Positions 37,694 through 47,871 are shown, counted from the first letter of the stretch. The stretch is 64,000 nucleotides of DNA from a bacterium (GCA_965216315.1 CBDCFN010000016.1:928001-992000); one strand, 5' to 3'. Notes: generated by a model not told the origin, from the letters alone. Program-made: numbers and translations.

Positions 37694-38662
37694 TTAGCGG
37701 GATACAAATTCCCACAGGCGCGCTGGGGTGATGGGTGTTTCCGTCTCCCCCCGACAGGCGAGCCAGCACTCATCGCAGGGGTTGGGGCTTTCGACTTCCC
37801 CGGTGTCATATTCGGTCCAATGGCAGAACGGTTCCATCTCGGAGCAGCGCTTCACCATTCCATCCGGTGTGATCTGGATGAAGTTGAGGCCTGCCTGGCA
37901 GTCGGCCATGTTGCCTTGGCGGAAATATTGCGGGATGCGGCTTAAATAGTGACTCGAGGTTAGAATATGATTGGATTTGCCCTTTAACTCGATCAGCTCA
38001 GCAATCACCTCGTCTAACTGCTTCATGCGTTCTTCTCGGACGTGATATTGCTCTTTATCGTTTTTAAGTGCGCTATAGGAACTGAACGAAATCTTGGCGC
38101 CCCATTCCTTCGCCCGGCGGGCGAGGGGAATAATGTGGTCTAGATTCTGTTCCATAATTACCGTATTGAAGGCGATATTGTCATAGCCTTGCCCCGTGAG
38201 TTTGGGGACCAGCTCAGAAAAATGTTTGTATAATCCTGGGAGCTTGCGTTCTTCATCGTGAAGCTCGCTATCGTAATTAAGTGAGATGGAAAGCTGGTCG
38301 AGCCCTCGGTCCCAAAGCTGCTTATACTTATCTTCAGTCAGCAATTGGCCATGAGTTATCATTGTTAAGTAGATGCAATAGGGGCGAACGGACTCAACAA
38401 TATCGAAGATATCTTTACGCAATAGCGGTTCGCCGCCATTAAGAGAGAGGACGATAGGGCGGAATTTCTTGATGATTGGCGTAAAGTCCTTGAGTTGAGG
38501 ATATCCTTTTAATGTCCAGCAGGGGCAAAAATCACACTGGGCGTTGCAATACTTGGTGACTTCCAAATTGATGAGGCGGGGACGTTTATGTATCGTTTTC
38601 ATGCCGAGGTAACGGTACATCCCTTTAACTTTTCGGCCCATGCCTAGATTGCGTGAGAGCAT
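37694..38662 (-). CDS. Radical SAM enzyme with C-terminal SPASM/twitch-like domain
   Basis: CNAQCDFC, GGEPLL, C-terminal CQAG..ITPDG.V..C and CDECWLAC. Confidence 0.9.
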   Translation of the reverse strand: MLSRNLGMGRKVKGMYRYLGMKTIHKRPRLINLEVTKYCNAQCDFCPCWTLKGYPQLKDFTPIIKKFRPIVLSLNGGEPLLRKDIFDIVESVRPYCIYLTMITHGQLLTEDKYKQLWDRGLDQLSISLNYDSELHDEERKLPGLYKHFSELVPKLTGQGYDNIAFNTVIMEQNLDHIIPLARRAKEWGAKISFSSYSALKNDKEQYHVREERMKQLDEVIAELIELKGKSNHILTSSHYLSRIPQYFRQGNMADCQAGLNFIQITPDGMVKRCSEMEPFCHWTEYDTGEVESPNPCDECWLACRGETETPITPARLWEFVSR

Positions 38663-38678
38663 TGCTGTTCCTTGCTAG

Positions 38679-40103
38679 TTATTGAGCTGAAGGGTCGGCG
38701 ATTTTCTTAGTCGTTGGTGACAGTCGAAAGAGACCGAAACGCATATTAAGCATCACCATCCACGCAGCATTGGTTCCAATCAAACAGAGCCAGAGAATGG
38801 CACGTGACTGGCCAAAAGCTGCCAACCCTAAGAAGAAAAGGGCGAAAAAATCCCTTTTCACTAAAAAGCTGATTTTGCTTAGTATACGTTTTCCCAGCGT
38901 AGGGCGCTCCGGAGTTTGAATTTCTTTCTGAATGGCCAGCAGGCTGCCGGAGTCAGTAAAGCGGAGCAGATACGTAAACGAAACGAGGAGGCAAAGGCCT
39001 AATCCGGCTAAGGTGAAGATTCCTGCCAGTTGAACCCCTGGTCCGGCGATACGGGATGTTCCAATGACGAGCCCGATAATAAAGCTCACGTAGCTTAAAT
39101 TGTCGCTGATCGTATCGAGCCATTGCCCGACCTTGGATGAGGTGAATTTCAAACGCGACATTTCTCCATCGACGCCGTCTAGAATGGAGGCCCACTGAAA
39201 CAGAAAAGCGCCTAAGAGAACATTCCAGTAGTCACCGCGGGCCATAAAGACACCGGATGCAATACCGACCAGCGAAGTAATGCCGGTCATGTGATGGGCC
39301 GATAGATTGGTCCGCGTGAGCCACCGGGTGATCCAGAGTGAGATAGGTCGGTTGAGGTGGCGCGAAAAGAATCCATCCGTTGATTTGCGGCAGTCATTGA
39401 GCAAGAGCTTTTCGGCGTGTCGGAGCGCGGGTTTTGTATCGACATCCTGCCAGAAGGCGTCGCCGATATCGTAAGTGCCGGCTTTCTTTTGAGCGGCGAG
39501 ATGGCGTATTCCGTCAGATAAGGAACAGTCGCCATCCTTGGACACTTCACGTAAGGCCGTAAAGAGGGCCGGACTTACTAAGAACATTCCCGTGTCGACC
39601 GATGTGTATTGATCGAGTTCTTTTGCGATGGCAACAATACGATTGTCTTCAACCTGTACGACCGTCGCATCATCCATGTCGAAGATCTGATCTAACTTGT
39701 TGTCAATCGCGAGCAGGACATCCTGATCACCAAGCGGCTGCTTGGCGAACTTACGCAAAGTCTCCGCCTGGAAGATATGATCCGACATTAAAAGAACAAA
39801 ATTTTCGTGGAGAACTTTTTCGGCCGCTAAGACAGAGAGGCCGTTGGATTTTTGCCAGTCCTTGTTTTCAACGAATTCAACTTTGACGTCCAGGTCATAG
39901 GAGCGAACCGCCTCAATAATGCGTTCTTTGCGATAACCGACGACGATGACAAATTCTTTGATGCCGGCCTGTTGAGCGGTAAGCATGATCCGCTTGAGGA
40001 GCGGAATGCCTCCAACGCGCCGTAGGGGCTTCGGGATGTCATTCTCACCGCGCTTGAGTCGGCTGCCGTTGCCCGCTGCTATGATGAGTGCCTTTTTGAC
40101 CAT
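38679..40103 (-). CDS. Bifunctional NTP-transferase / CDP-alcohol phosphotransferase (IPCT/DIPPS-like)
   Basis: AAGNGSRL..PKPL, NGLS, MSDH, DTGMF, WQDVDT; membrane domain with DGVDGEMSR...G..LD...D and DGFFSRHLNRPIS. Confidence 0.88.
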   Translation of the reverse strand: MVKKALIIAAGNGSRLKRGENDIPKPLRRVGGIPLLKRIMLTAQQAGIKEFVIVVGYRKERIIEAVRSYDLDVKVEFVENKDWQKSNGLSVLAAEKVLHENFVLLMSDHIFQAETLRKFAKQPLGDQDVLLAIDNKLDQIFDMDDATVVQVEDNRIVAIAKELDQYTSVDTGMFLVSPALFTALREVSKDGDCSLSDGIRHLAAQKKAGTYDIGDAFWQDVDTKPALRHAEKLLLNDCRKSTDGFFSRHLNRPISLWITRWLTRTNLSAHHMTGITSLVGIASGVFMARGDYWNVLLGAFLFQWASILDGVDGEMSRLKFTSSKVGQWLDTISDNLSYVSFIIGLVIGTSRIAGPGVQLAGIFTLAGLGLCLLVSFTYLLRFTDSGSLLAIQKEIQTPERPTLGKRILSKISFLVKRDFFALFFLGLAAFGQSRAILWLCLIGTNAAWMVMLNMRFGLFRLSPTTKKIADPSAQ

Positions 40104-40312
40104 ATTGACGCCTGGCGTTATCGGTTCAGATTATAGGCCTCCGCAAAAGTCTCAACTAGAGTCCCACTCGCATCTCCCCACTGTCCTGGAATTAGTCGTT
40201 GTTAATAAGGCATTTTGCCCTAAAAAGTCAATTTTTTAAAGGTTTTAGACCTTTTCCTTGAAATGGAGCTCCAATGGCCGGTCTGGGTGGATGGAATGGC
40301 TTTTTAGCGAGC

Positions 40313-40346
40313 AAAAAAAACGAGCGGCCTCCAGGGGAGGCCGCTC
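40313..40346 (-). terminator. Intrinsic terminator with no coding gene directly upstream
   Basis: GAGCGGCCTCC/GGAGGCCGCTC stem followed by T8 on the minus strand. Confidence 0.85.
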
Positions 40347-40425
40347 TCGGGTTGGGTCACGCTGGGTTACAGGAACCCAGCATATAGGGTCATCGGGCAT
40401 GGGTCTGATATGTGCGTCTCGTTAC
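40313..40425 (-). ncRNA. Candidate small RNA (~110 nt)
   Basis: GATAAT -10 at 40437-40432, internal 8-bp hairpin 40361-40381, and the terminator; no credible ORF. Confidence 0.45.
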
Positions 40426-40657
40426 ATTCAGATTATCGTTAAGCATTGCGAAAAGTTGCTATCCGAGTTTGCGAAAGTTTTCATGTCTTTGAAATTATTA
40501 GGGATTATCGGAACAACTCCCGCGTGGAGCTCATTAAAATGGGGGTTTTTCGAATGGATTCGGATTCAATTTTTAAAAAATCACACAACATTTTCGGATT
40601 TTCCCCGATCCACTCTAGGTAAGAGGGGAACTTTATTTACCTAGGAGGGAATCTATA

Positions 40658-41428
40658 ATGCAGGCTACATGCTTATACGTCGATGACGACACCACTCAAC
40701 TTTCATTAATGGCTAAGACTCTTTGTCATGAATATCGAGTTTTGACCGCTTCATCTCCCGAACGTGCCTTAGATATATTAAAGGAATCTGACGTTCACGT
40801 GATCATGGTTGATTACATGATGCCGGAGATGACCGGGATAGACTTGGTTGAAAAGGCGCGAGAAATTCGTCCTGAGTCAATATATGTAGTCATTAGTGCC
40901 TATTCCGATCGCGAATATATTCTTGATGCGCTTAAAAGAGGCCATGTTTTTGATTATATCTTGAAGCCTTGGCGTCGCAGTGAGCTGATCAAGGTGATCG
41001 AAGAGGCTTTTAGCGTTTATCAGGAACGCCAGCTTAAGGCTGAAAAGCTTCGCACCTTGCAGGCGGAACGTGACGCTCTGGCCGAAAAGGCGAATGAGCT
41101 GGACGAGGTCCGTGACGAAAAGGACAAGCTTTCGATGGCGCTTCAAGGCTATCTCAGCCCGGAGGATCCGGAGGAAGATGGTCGTGTTCTGCTTGAAAAT
41201 ATTGAGCGAGCGAAAAAGCTCTCACTTAAAGAGACGCTCAAAAAGGCAGAAGGCAACATTTCGGAAGCGGCTCGTATGCTCGATCTTCCGGTATCGACCC
41301 TGTATTATCGCCTTAAGAAATATGGTTTGTTGCAAGCCAAGCCGGGCGAACAGCACGCGAGTTCAGGCAACGGACATCCCCAGTATGCGGATATCGTTTC
41401 TGGTGGTGTTGCTGAAGGAAGCGCCTAA
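40658..41428 (+). CDS. Response regulator: REC + coiled coil + Fis-type HTH, no AAA+ domain
   Basis: VDDD, VDYMMP, KPW; C-terminal [25 protein letters not shown]. Confidence 0.88.
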   Translation: MQATCLYVDDDTTQLSLMAKTLCHEYRVLTASSPERALDILKESDVHVIMVDYMMPEMTGIDLVEKAREIRPESIYVVISAYSDREYILDALKRGHVFDYILKPWRRSELIKVIEEAFSVYQERQLKAEKLRTLQAERDALAEKANELDEVRDEKDKLSMALQGYLSPEDPEEDGRVLLENIERAKKLSLKETLKKAEGNISEAARMLDLPVSTLYYRLKKYGLLQAKPGEQHASSGNGHPQYADIVSGGVAEGSA

Positions 41429-41637
41429 GACGTTTGCTTCGCTTCGTCTTCTTGGTGATGATGGCCGACGAGTCCAGCGGCTATTTCGCGAAGTGACGTG
41501 ACCACTTCACGGTTTTTGCTGCGCACGAGTGGGTAGGAACCCTTAAAAAGTTCCTTCGCACGTTGGGCGGCAACATGGACCAGGATGAATCGGTTATCGA
41601 CGTGTTCGAGGCAATCTTCAACGGTAACGCGTGCCAT
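41425..41637 (-). CDS. rpoZ: RNA polymerase omega subunit
   Basis: [22 protein letters not shown]...LREIAAG. Confidence 0.97.
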   Translation of the reverse strand: MARVTVEDCLEHVDNRFILVHVAAQRAKELFKGSYPLVRSKNREVVTSLREIAAGLVGHHHQEDEAKQTS

Positions 41638-41787
41638 ATAAGTTTCTCTCTTTTGTAGCTAAAAAGCGGTTCTAGCCTTGAGGCTGGGACCGTTTTTTTT
41701 GTCCATTGGTTGGGCGTTAGCCTACACTTCATGAGTGCACTGCGTCAAGGTTTCTACACAAATCCTGAGCATTTTCAATCGGTTAAA

Positions 41788-41816
41788 TTGACACGCCTCC
41801 GAGGGGAGCATACAAC
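41788..41816 (+). promoter_or_regulatory. Sigma70-type promoter of the histidine kinase
   Basis: TTGACA-N17-TACAAC, 11 nt before ATG 41828. Confidence 0.55.
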
Positions 41817-41827
41817 AGAGGGCGGCA

Positions 41828-43768
41828 ATGAATCAGGCCCTCCAACATTTGATGGATTTTCGCTACGCGGATTTCAACGCGCGGCATGTTTTTACGACGA
41901 AGCTTCGTCTGGTCATCTATGTTGGCTATTGGGTCCTGGTGATGGCCTTCTTTCCAGATCTTCTCTGGGCGGATAAGCCCATCATGTTCTGGATCAGCCT
42001 TACTTTTGTCGTGACGACGGTCTGTTACCATTTCATTCTGAACGAGCGCATCCCCTATATTCTGTTTATTGTGGAGCTGATGGCGGATGTCGCCGCGCAT
42101 ACGATCCTCATCTACATCACGGGTGGGGTGTCTTCTAAGTTGTTTGTCATTTACATTTTGTACTGCCTGGCGGGAGGGCTCATCTACAACTGGCGCGTAT
42201 CCGCTATTATTGCGACGCTCGCCGTTCTCTTTTATTCAGGTTTGATCCTCTCCCTTAAATTAGAGTGGGTCGAGCCGTTTACTTTCTTTATCGGTGTCGC
42301 CTGGTTTGGGCAGCCGGGTTATCAATGGTTGCTCAATTTTATTCTTTTAGTCGCCAGCCTGGGAGTGGCGGTCTACGGGAATAGTATTGCGACTTATTTT
42401 AACAAGCAGCGTGAAAGGGCTATTGAGGCACGTAACGTCGAGCTCATGGCGCTTAACCGGATTTCTTCAACCATACGGATGGTTGTTGATTTTCAGCGGG
42501 TGGTTGATGAGATTCTCCGCAATCTGACGCGGTCGCTGGGTTATCGTGCGGCATTGATGTTGATAGTCGATGAAGCCGCGAGCTGCGTGCGTATTTATGT
42601 CGAAAATCGTCGCTTAGCCAAAGAGGTCAGCGCCACGATGGGGTTTGACTTGCAGCAACTGAGGTTGCCTATCGATGACGAGGAAAACCCGGTCTATCAG
42701 GCGATGAAGCAACATAAACGTGTTTTGCGATCCGACCTTAAAGATATTGTCGGAGGTCTCGTCCCGAGCATTAAGCCGGAATTGGCCGCTCAAATTCAGG
42801 AAAAATACGGCTTTCAAAAACTCATCGCCGTGCCGCTGATTGCCGAGCAAAGCCTGGTCGGTGCGTTAATCGGTTTAACCGCGGCCGAATGGCTGTCGGA
42901 TGAAGATATTGCTGTGTTTGAACGCTATGCCGATCAAGCCGCCGTTGTATTGGATAACGCCGCCTTGATTGAAAAGTTACGTAAACAGAATGTTGAATTA
43001 GAACGAGTAAGCCAAGTGAAATCGGAATTCTTGGCCACGATGAGTCACGAGCTTAGGACGCCACTAACGGCGATTATTGGGTTCTCTGAATTGCTCCTGG
43101 AAGAGGTTTTGGGCCGGCTTTCGTCGGATCAAAAGGACAGTCTGACGGAAGTCCTCACCAATGCCGAAAATCTGCTCCAATTAATCAATAGCCTTTTAGA
43201 CCTCGCGAAGATTGAAGCTGGTAAGATGGATCTCAGTATCATGCCGGTTCATTTAGGGGATATTGCGGAGCGGGTTCATCGCACGGTATCCCCCTTGTTG
43301 CTGAAAAAGGGGCATCAGCTTGAAGTGGAGGTGCCGGCTGAACTCCCCATTCTATACGGGGATGAGCGCAAGATTCAGCAGACCCTGCTCAATCTGGTCT
43401 CGAATGCAATCAAGTTTACCGGCGAATTGGGGCAGATTCGCATTGAAGTGCGTCATTATGATAATATTGAGGGGTTAGATCGTTGGGCCGATGTGACCGA
43501 TATGCGCTTCCGGCACGGGGCCTTTGAGATTCTGGTCAAGGATACCGGCATCGGGATTGCGGAGAAGGATCTTTCTCACATTTTTGAATCGTTTCGCCAG
43601 GTCGACAGCTCATTCACGCGGAACTATCAAGGGACTGGGCTGGGCTTGGGTCTTTCGCAGCAGTTCGTGCAGATGCATCATGGGGTGATCAAGGCCGAGA
43701 GTGAGTTAGGCAAAGGGTCGACATTTTGCGTCCTCTTACCGCAGGGCCAGCCCCCGAGTGGCGATTGA
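41828..43768 (+). CDS. Membrane sensor histidine kinase (multi-TM, GAF, HisKA, HATPase)
   Basis: MSHELRTPL, NLVSNAIKF, DTGIGI, GTGLGL; GAF-like region with AVPL...VG. Confidence 0.93.
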   Translation: MNQALQHLMDFRYADFNARHVFTTKLRLVIYVGYWVLVMAFFPDLLWADKPIMFWISLTFVVTTVCYHFILNERIPYILFIVELMADVAAHTILIYITGGVSSKLFVIYILYCLAGGLIYNWRVSAIIATLAVLFYSGLILSLKLEWVEPFTFFIGVAWFGQPGYQWLLNFILLVASLGVAVYGNSIATYFNKQRERAIEARNVELMALNRISSTIRMVVDFQRVVDEILRNLTRSLGYRAALMLIVDEAASCVRIYVENRRLAKEVSATMGFDLQQLRLPIDDEENPVYQAMKQHKRVLRSDLKDIVGGLVPSIKPELAAQIQEKYGFQKLIAVPLIAEQSLVGALIGLTAAEWLSDEDIAVFERYADQAAVVLDNAALIEKLRKQNVELERVSQVKSEFLATMSHELRTPLTAIIGFSELLLEEVLGRLSSDQKDSLTEVLTNAENLLQLINSLLDLAKIEAGKMDLSIMPVHLGDIAERVHRTVSPLLLKKGHQLEVEVPAELPILYGDERKIQQTLLNLVSNAIKFTGELGQIRIEVRHYDNIEGLDRWADVTDMRFRHGAFEILVKDTGIGIAEKDLSHIFESFRQVDSSFTRNYQGTGLGLGLSQQFVQMHHGVIKAESELGKGSTFCVLLPQGQPPSGD

Positions 43769-43851
43769 AATCATGTAAAAAAGCTTTGAAAGTTGCATAA
43801 TTGATGGTAAAATTAGATATAATTAATGATAAGAGAGGTAGGTGAGGAGTC

Positions 43852-44814
43852 GTGGCTACCATTAAGAAATACCTGTGGGTGGCCCACCTCTTTGCGATCG
43901 CGGTCTGTGCGTATTTTGTCGCCCAGACGGTCACGACCTATTTATCGATGTTTCTCGTGGAGGAGACGGGGCGAACGGCGACAGCACGGCCTAAGAGCCC
44001 TGAAGAAAGTCGCATTCTACTGGGGCAGGTAAGTGGGTATGACCCGGTAATCGAACGGAATGTCTTTAATTCGGCAAAAATTCCCGTCAACGTGGAATTG
44101 CCAAAGGAGGACATAAAAAAGACAGCTGTCGATCTTGAGGGACCAGCTGTAAAAACTTCTTTGAATATTAAGGTGTTAGGGACTTTAGTCGTTGATGGGG
44201 GCAAGGATAGGCGTTCCTCGGCGACGATCGTAGGCGGAAAAAGCCGCAAACCCGGTGTTTATTTTGTACTCGGGGACGAGGTCTTTGAGGATGGCGTTGA
44301 GCTCGTCCGGGTCAAAAAACATCGCATCGAGTTTACGAATAAAGGGCGGCTTGAATATGCCATGCTCGAGGGGATTTCGGAGGATATCACCCTCTTTGCC
44401 CGTGCAGAGGATGTGCATGGCAAGTCAGATGGCAAGAAGCATCCGAGTAAGAGGAAAACGCCGAAAAGCCGGGAGAGCGCACCGAAGGCCTCAGGCGATA
44501 AACATTTTGTAATCGACCAGCGCGAAGTGGATGAAGCGCTGGCCAATTTAGATCGCTTATATACCGAAGTCAGGATTGTTCCTAACTTCAGAGATGGGCA
44601 GCCGGCCGGGATGAAAATTCTAGCGGTTAAGCCGGGCAGTATTTTTAGTAAGTTGGGACTGCGCAGGGGTGACGTATTGGAAAGAATCAATGGGATGGAA
44701 TTAGACATCAAACGGGGCATGGAGCTGTTTGCTCAACTGAGGGATCAGAAAAACCTCAAGATCGACCTCGTTCGTCGTGGCAAAAACGAAACGCTAGAAT
44801 ATGAAATCAAATAA
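43852..44814 (+). CDS. gspC: Type II secretion protein C (with PDZ domain)
   Basis: N-terminal TM, IERNVFNS, PDZ-like LGLRRGDVLERING; first gene of the operon. Confidence 0.88.
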   Translation: MATIKKYLWVAHLFAIAVCAYFVAQTVTTYLSMFLVEETGRTATARPKSPEESRILLGQVSGYDPVIERNVFNSAKIPVNVELPKEDIKKTAVDLEGPAVKTSLNIKVLGTLVVDGGKDRRSSATIVGGKSRKPGVYFVLGDEVFEDGVELVRVKKHRIEFTNKGRLEYAMLEGISEDITLFARAEDVHGKSDGKKHPSKRKTPKSRESAPKASGDKHFVIDQREVDEALANLDRLYTEVRIVPNFRDGQPAGMKILAVKPGSIFSKLGLRRGDVLERINGMELDIKRGMELFAQLRDQKNLKIDLVRRGKNETLEYEIK

Positions 44815-47767
44815 ATTTTACTTTAGTGTACTGACAGGATTGTTGAGCCTGCTGCTTCAGATTAACTTAATCTCGGCAGCGGAATTGACACCCAATGTAA
44901 CGAATCCTGCGCAAAAGACACCACCGGAGGCGGGATCTGATGTCGGTGGTATCAAGGTTCCGCCAGCGGTTCCGCTGGATAAATTATCTTCACCAAGTAA
45001 GGCGCCAAGTGTGGCGGCTAAGAAAAGCGGTGAAACCCCGGCGGTAAAGACAACGACTCCACCGCCTGCCCCCAAACCGGTAGAGAAGGCGGAGAGGCAA
45101 ACCATTAAGGCCTCCGGCCAAGCGGCGGGTGCCACAACAGATGAGGGTGGGACGACGACCGCAACAACGCCACAGCCAGCACCATCCGCTGAAACCGCCG
45201 AGAAAGCGGTGGCGGCTCCGGATACGGCTCCTTTAGAAAAACTCGTTGGAAGCATTGAAGATGAAGGGGGGCCTGCTGGTAGTGCGACCTCGACCGTATC
45301 GCAACCCTTGCGCGCGGCGGATGAGAAGACGGTCGAAACCGCCGAGAAAAAGCGCGAAGAAGAAGGCGTCTTCTTTAACGTTGCCGGTGAGGATATACGA
45401 GAAATTATTAAGCAAATTAGCCGGGTGACGGGGACGAATTTTATCTTAGATGACAAAATCCGCGGTGAAGTCACCATTATCAGCGAAAAGAAAATGACCA
45501 AAGAAGAGGTCTATGAGGCCTTCTTGTCGGCCTTGGATGTCGCGGGCTATACGACCGTTCCCGGACCGGCGGGTTTGACTAAGATTGTTAAAAAACGGGA
45601 TGCCCTTACGCGGCCGATCCCTATTTACACCGACAAAACGCCCTACACCGATAAGTTTATCACTCGATTGGTCACGCTGAAAAATATCAGTGCCATCGAT
45701 ATGGCGAATGCCATTAAGGGCCTGGTTTCTAAAGAAGGGAATCTGTTTGCGTATCCGGCGACAAATACCCTGATTATTACGGATACAGGGACCAATATTG
45801 AGCGGATTGTGCGCATGGTGCAGGAATTGGATACGGAGGGTCCACAAGAAGTCCTCGAAATCATTCATATCGAATACGCCGATGTCAAAGACATGGCGGA
45901 TAAGATTTCCAAGCTTTTTGGCGGGACTCAACAGACCACGTCTCGCCGGACGAGCCGACGACGTGGCAAAGCGGCAACGCAGACTCAAGAAGCCCTGCCG
46001 ACCGTCAATAAGATTATTTCGGATGAGCGGACGAACTCGCTGATCGTGTTGGCTTCCAAAATTACGATTGCCAAGGTTAAAGATATTATTCGGCGCCTCG
46101 ATCGTCCCCTGATAGGTCCGGAAGAAGGCGATATCCACGTCTTGTATCTTAAAAATGCAAAAGCGAGTGAGATGGCGGAAGTTTTAACCGGCGTGACTCA
46201 GGCGGCCAAGAAGGCCAAGCAAGAGACTAAAAAGACGACGACGAGAGCTAAGCGGCCAAGTGTCCCGCAGGCGGAATTTGAAGGTCTGTTTGGGAGTATT
46301 AAGTCCATCAAAGCGGATGATAATACGAATTCACTGATAGTCCAGGCGAACGCCAAAGACTTTCGCCTCTTGGTGGACCGTATTATTGCCAAGCTCGATA
46401 TCCCCAGGCGTCAGGTTTATATCGAAGCTAACATCATGGAGATCGGTTTAAGGCAGGGGCGAGAGCTGGGAACCGGTATTCTTGGGGGGAAAACGTTTAG
46501 TGTCGGTGGGAATGAATTGGCACTCTTCGGAAATACCTTTCCGTTTATTCCGGACATAACTTCAACTTCTGGAGTGGGAGGCGCAACGACTCAGAACCCG
46601 ATTTCACTAACGCCGCCGTTCTCGGATAATCCGATTAATTTCCCCAAGTTTTTCGCCGCATTTATTGCCCAGTCCGATGAAGCCGAGCTGAATATCCTGT
46701 CGTCACCCAATATCCTCACGCTGGACAACACGGAAGCTCGCATCAAGGTCGGTGATACGATTCCATTCTTGACCGGGAGCGCTTTAACGACGGGAGGCGT
46801 GCAAACGTCCAATATTCAACGTGAAGATGTCGCTCTTGAGCTGAAGGTGAAGCCACAGATAACGGAAGGTGACAACGTTCGTCTGGAAATAAAACAGAAG
46901 ATAGAAGATTTTAGTGAAGCTTCCAATCCGCTTGAGGCGACCGCAGGGCCTGCAACCAGTATTCGTGAGATCGAATCGGAGATTGTTGTGCCCGATAAAC
47001 GGACGATAGTCTTGGGTGGTCTGATGCAAGATAGGGAGTCGTCTAGAAAAACGAAGATCCCACTGCTGGGCGATATTCCTATCCTTGGTTACTTATTTAA
47101 AGGGACCTCGCATTCGAAGACTAAAATTAATTTGCTCATCTTTCTGACGCCGACGATTATCCGCGAGCCCGGTGATTTTCTTGCCGTGTTGAAACAGCGT
47201 ATCGAGCAAAGAAATCGCTTTATTGATGATCATTTTGGAGAGCGGGCACGTAAGAGAATACGCGGGACCATCGAACGACATAATACGGCGCTATTGAACT
47301 TTCAAACGGCGACTTCGCCTTTGAGTGAACCTGGCATATTGCCAACGGATCCTCTCGTGGGCTCTCCGGAGCTGCAGATGGATGCTGGCGATGCGGCACC
47401 GCCGAGTTCCGACCTGAGTATCGATGGGGAACTGACCGCGCTTCCGCCGGCAGCAGAAGCCGGTTACGATGAAGAGCCAACTACAAGTCGTCGCCAGGTG
47501 CAAAAGGGCAGGCGTTCGAAGTTGAAAAAAGGGCGCGTATCGAGATCCGGTCCGGATACGTCAGTCCAGCAACCCTCACCGCCACCGCCGGCGCCGCCGG
47601 CCCCTCGGATTGCTACGGAGCCTCCGGTGACGAATGGTGTCTCCAACGGGGCTGCCTCCTCACCGCCGCCGACCGCCGCTCCCACGCCGCCACCCCCGGC
47701 ACCTCAGCAGGAAGCGGCGGCTCCCAACGGCTCAGGCATGCCCAATGATATAGATCTTGCCTTCTAG
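44801..47767 (+). CDS. gspD: Type II secretion secretin
   Basis: N0-N3 domains (TGTNFILD, DERTNSLIV), RRQVYIEA, SSPNILTLDN, VLGGLM, KIPLLGDIPILGYLF. Confidence 0.95.
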   Translation: MKSNKFYFSVLTGLLSLLLQINLISAAELTPNVTNPAQKTPPEAGSDVGGIKVPPAVPLDKLSSPSKAPSVAAKKSGETPAVKTTTPPPAPKPVEKAERQTIKASGQAAGATTDEGGTTTATTPQPAPSAETAEKAVAAPDTAPLEKLVGSIEDEGGPAGSATSTVSQPLRAADEKTVETAEKKREEEGVFFNVAGEDIREIIKQISRVTGTNFILDDKIRGEVTIISEKKMTKEEVYEAFLSALDVAGYTTVPGPAGLTKIVKKRDALTRPIPIYTDKTPYTDKFITRLVTLKNISAIDMANAIKGLVSKEGNLFAYPATNTLIITDTGTNIERIVRMVQELDTEGPQEVLEIIHIEYADVKDMADKISKLFGGTQQTTSRRTSRRRGKAATQTQEALPTVNKIISDERTNSLIVLASKITIAKVKDIIRRLDRPLIGPEEGDIHVLYLKNAKASEMAEVLTGVTQAAKKAKQETKKTTTRAKRPSVPQAEFEGLFGSIKSIKADDNTNSLIVQANAKDFRLLVDRIIAKLDIPRRQVYIEANIMEIGLRQGRELGTGILGGKTFSVGGNELALFGNTFPFIPDITSTSGVGGATTQNPISLTPPFSDNPINFPKFFAAFIAQSDEAELNILSSPNILTLDNTEARIKVGDTIPFLTGSALTTGGVQTSNIQREDVALELKVKPQITEGDNVRLEIKQKIEDFSEASNPLEATAGPATSIREIESEIVVPDKRTIVLGGLMQDRESSRKTKIPLLGDIPILGYLFKGTSHSKTKINLLIFLTPTIIREPGDFLAVLKQRIEQRNRFIDDHFGERARKRIRGTIERHNTALLNFQTATSPLSEPGILPTDPLVGSPELQMDAGDAAPPSSDLSIDGELTALPPAAEAGYDEEPTTSRRQVQKGRRSKLKKGRVSRSGPDTSVQQPSPPPPAPPAPRIATEPPVTNGVSNGAASSPPPTAAPTPPPPAPQQEAAAPNGSGMPNDIDLAF

Positions 47768-47815
47768 CGTTGATGCAATAAACTGAATGATCCAGAGCAG
47801 TTACGGCGTATTCAA

Positions 47816-47844
47816 TTGTCGGCATTGCGCGGATCTGTTATACT
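47816..47844 (+). promoter_or_regulatory. Possible internal sigma70 promoter before gspE
   Basis: TTGTCG-N17-TATACT with an extended -10 TG. Confidence 0.5.
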
Positions 47845-47871
47845 GGCCGATGGTGTGCAGAGGGCATAATA

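Noticed and set aside
40258..40644. 128-aa plus-strand ORF in the intergenic gap
   Set aside because: No recognisable motif or RBS, and it runs through a terminator hairpin and promoter-like AT-rich DNA.
44857..46138. Long antisense ORFs (214 and 230 aa) inside gspD, and similar shadow ORFs across the window
   Set aside because: They are reverse-frame shadows of well-supported genes with no independent motifs.
47560..47710. CCG-rich repeats as a tandem repeat or CRISPR-like array
   Set aside because: They are proline codons in the GspD tail; no constant repeat-spacer periodicity was seen anywhere in the window.
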